A stretch of DNA of 32,000 nt. It comes from an uncultured Opitutales bacterium (GTDB lineage Bacteria > Verrucomicrobiota > Verrucomicrobiia > Opitutales > Intestinicryptomonadaceae). Shown here one piece after another: positions 31,735-32,000 of this stretch. Position numbers and translations under genes: made by a program. Where the stretch lies: positions 60,001 to 92,000 of the forward strand of contig CAKUIA010000006.1 in assembly GCA_934660865.1 (NCBI GenBank), in the 5' to 3' direction. Each line of letters opens with the position of its first letter. Positions within the stretch are counted from its first letter, which is position 1. The notes beneath the pieces were generated by a model. The model searched no databases, was not told where the DNA came from, and worked only from the letters and a program-made list of their open reading frames with translations.

Positions 31735-32000
31735 TTTCTGTTCTTGCGTTCTTTTCTCGCTGCGGCGATTTCGGCGTCAATTTCCTCCATCGTCATATTG
31801 GAAGTTCCGTTCTTTACCGCGCGCATTTGGCTACGCAAGAGCATTTGCTTGAATTTCATATGAACGACAGCGCGGATATCGGGCAACAGAGTATCCTCCG
31901 TTGTCGATATTAGAATGGAACGCGGCTTGCCGTCCTTTGTGATGACTACGAACCCGCTTTTGTCGACTTCCTTCATAACCTTGCCCGAATTTGTGGCAAG
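31731..32000 (-). CDS. Phd/YefM-type antitoxin (N-terminus probably beyond the right edge)
   Basis: FVVITKDGKPRSILIS is the Phd/YefM core. The frame stays open upstream of Met 31976 to the window edge (LATNSGKV-M...). Confidence 0.7.
   Translation of the reverse strand, partial: LATNSGKVMKEVDKSGFVVITKDGKPRSILISTTEDTLLPDIRAVVHMKFKQMLLRSQMRAVKNGTSNMTMEEIDAEIAAARKERKNRK

Larger units (their letters stand above)
4233..32000. mobile_element. Integrated temperate phage (lambda-like head module) at the 3' side of tRNA-Ser; right boundary not identifiable in the window
   Basis: An integrase sits 260 nt downstream of the tRNA, followed by a replication module, terS/terL, portal, protease, scaffold and capsid, all co-oriented. 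I found no second copy of the tRNA-Ser 3' segment in the window. The phage head operon ends at a terminator at ~30.85 kb. Confidence 0.85.

Overview
All domain and family calls below come from reading motifs by eye and from memory; no searches were run.

Host flank (1-4232): a minus-strand chaperone locus with dnaJ (partial), grpE, a 637-aa secreted protein and a small membrane protein. It ends at tRNA-Ser(UGA), 4145-4232.

Prophage (from 4233): directly downstream of the tRNA lie a tyrosine integrase and more than 26 kb of a temperate, lambda-like prophage. It runs to at least ~30.85 kb. No attR, tail, lysis or CI-type repressor genes are seen in the window.

The phage backbone is on the plus strand, in this order:
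- Early and replication genes: HTH/excisionase-like, AAA_24 (Sak4-like) ATPase, DUF669, DnaQ-like exonuclease, RuvC-like resolvase, SF2 helicase, primase-helicase.
- A dense GTGAA/TTCAC iteron-plus-palindrome array that looks like an origin.
- A sigma-region-4-like HTH protein, DUF3102, and a phage tRNA-Met(CAT).
- cosB-like repeats followed by a Nu1-like terS.
- An unusual 5.5-kb block: two unknown genes, a duplicated gene pair flanking a ParB-like gene and a ParB-ParB-class-I-methyltransferase fusion, a DUF3990-like gene, and a CmoA-family SAM enzyme.
- Head genes: GpA-type terL, gpW-like, lambda-type portal, S49 protease, scaffold, major capsid and two small head genes.

Four visibly AT-rich, minus-strand inserts interrupt this backbone (hand counts of 18-20 G+C per 60 nt, against 29 per 60 in terL):
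- a two-gene cassette of unknown function next to the integrase (5628-7899);
- a 145-aa gene next to the phage tRNA;
- a standalone SIR2-like gene wedged between terL and gpW (25208-26437);
- a 152-aa gene downstream of a PIN/Phd toxin-antitoxin pair at the right edge.

The most interesting candidates are the CmoA-like/ParB-methyltransferase block (possible non-canonical DNA modification), the orphan SIR2 gene, the integrase-adjacent two-gene cassette, and a recurrent TTGACA-N13-15-ATG junction motif in front of six genes that lack a Shine-Dalgarno sequence.
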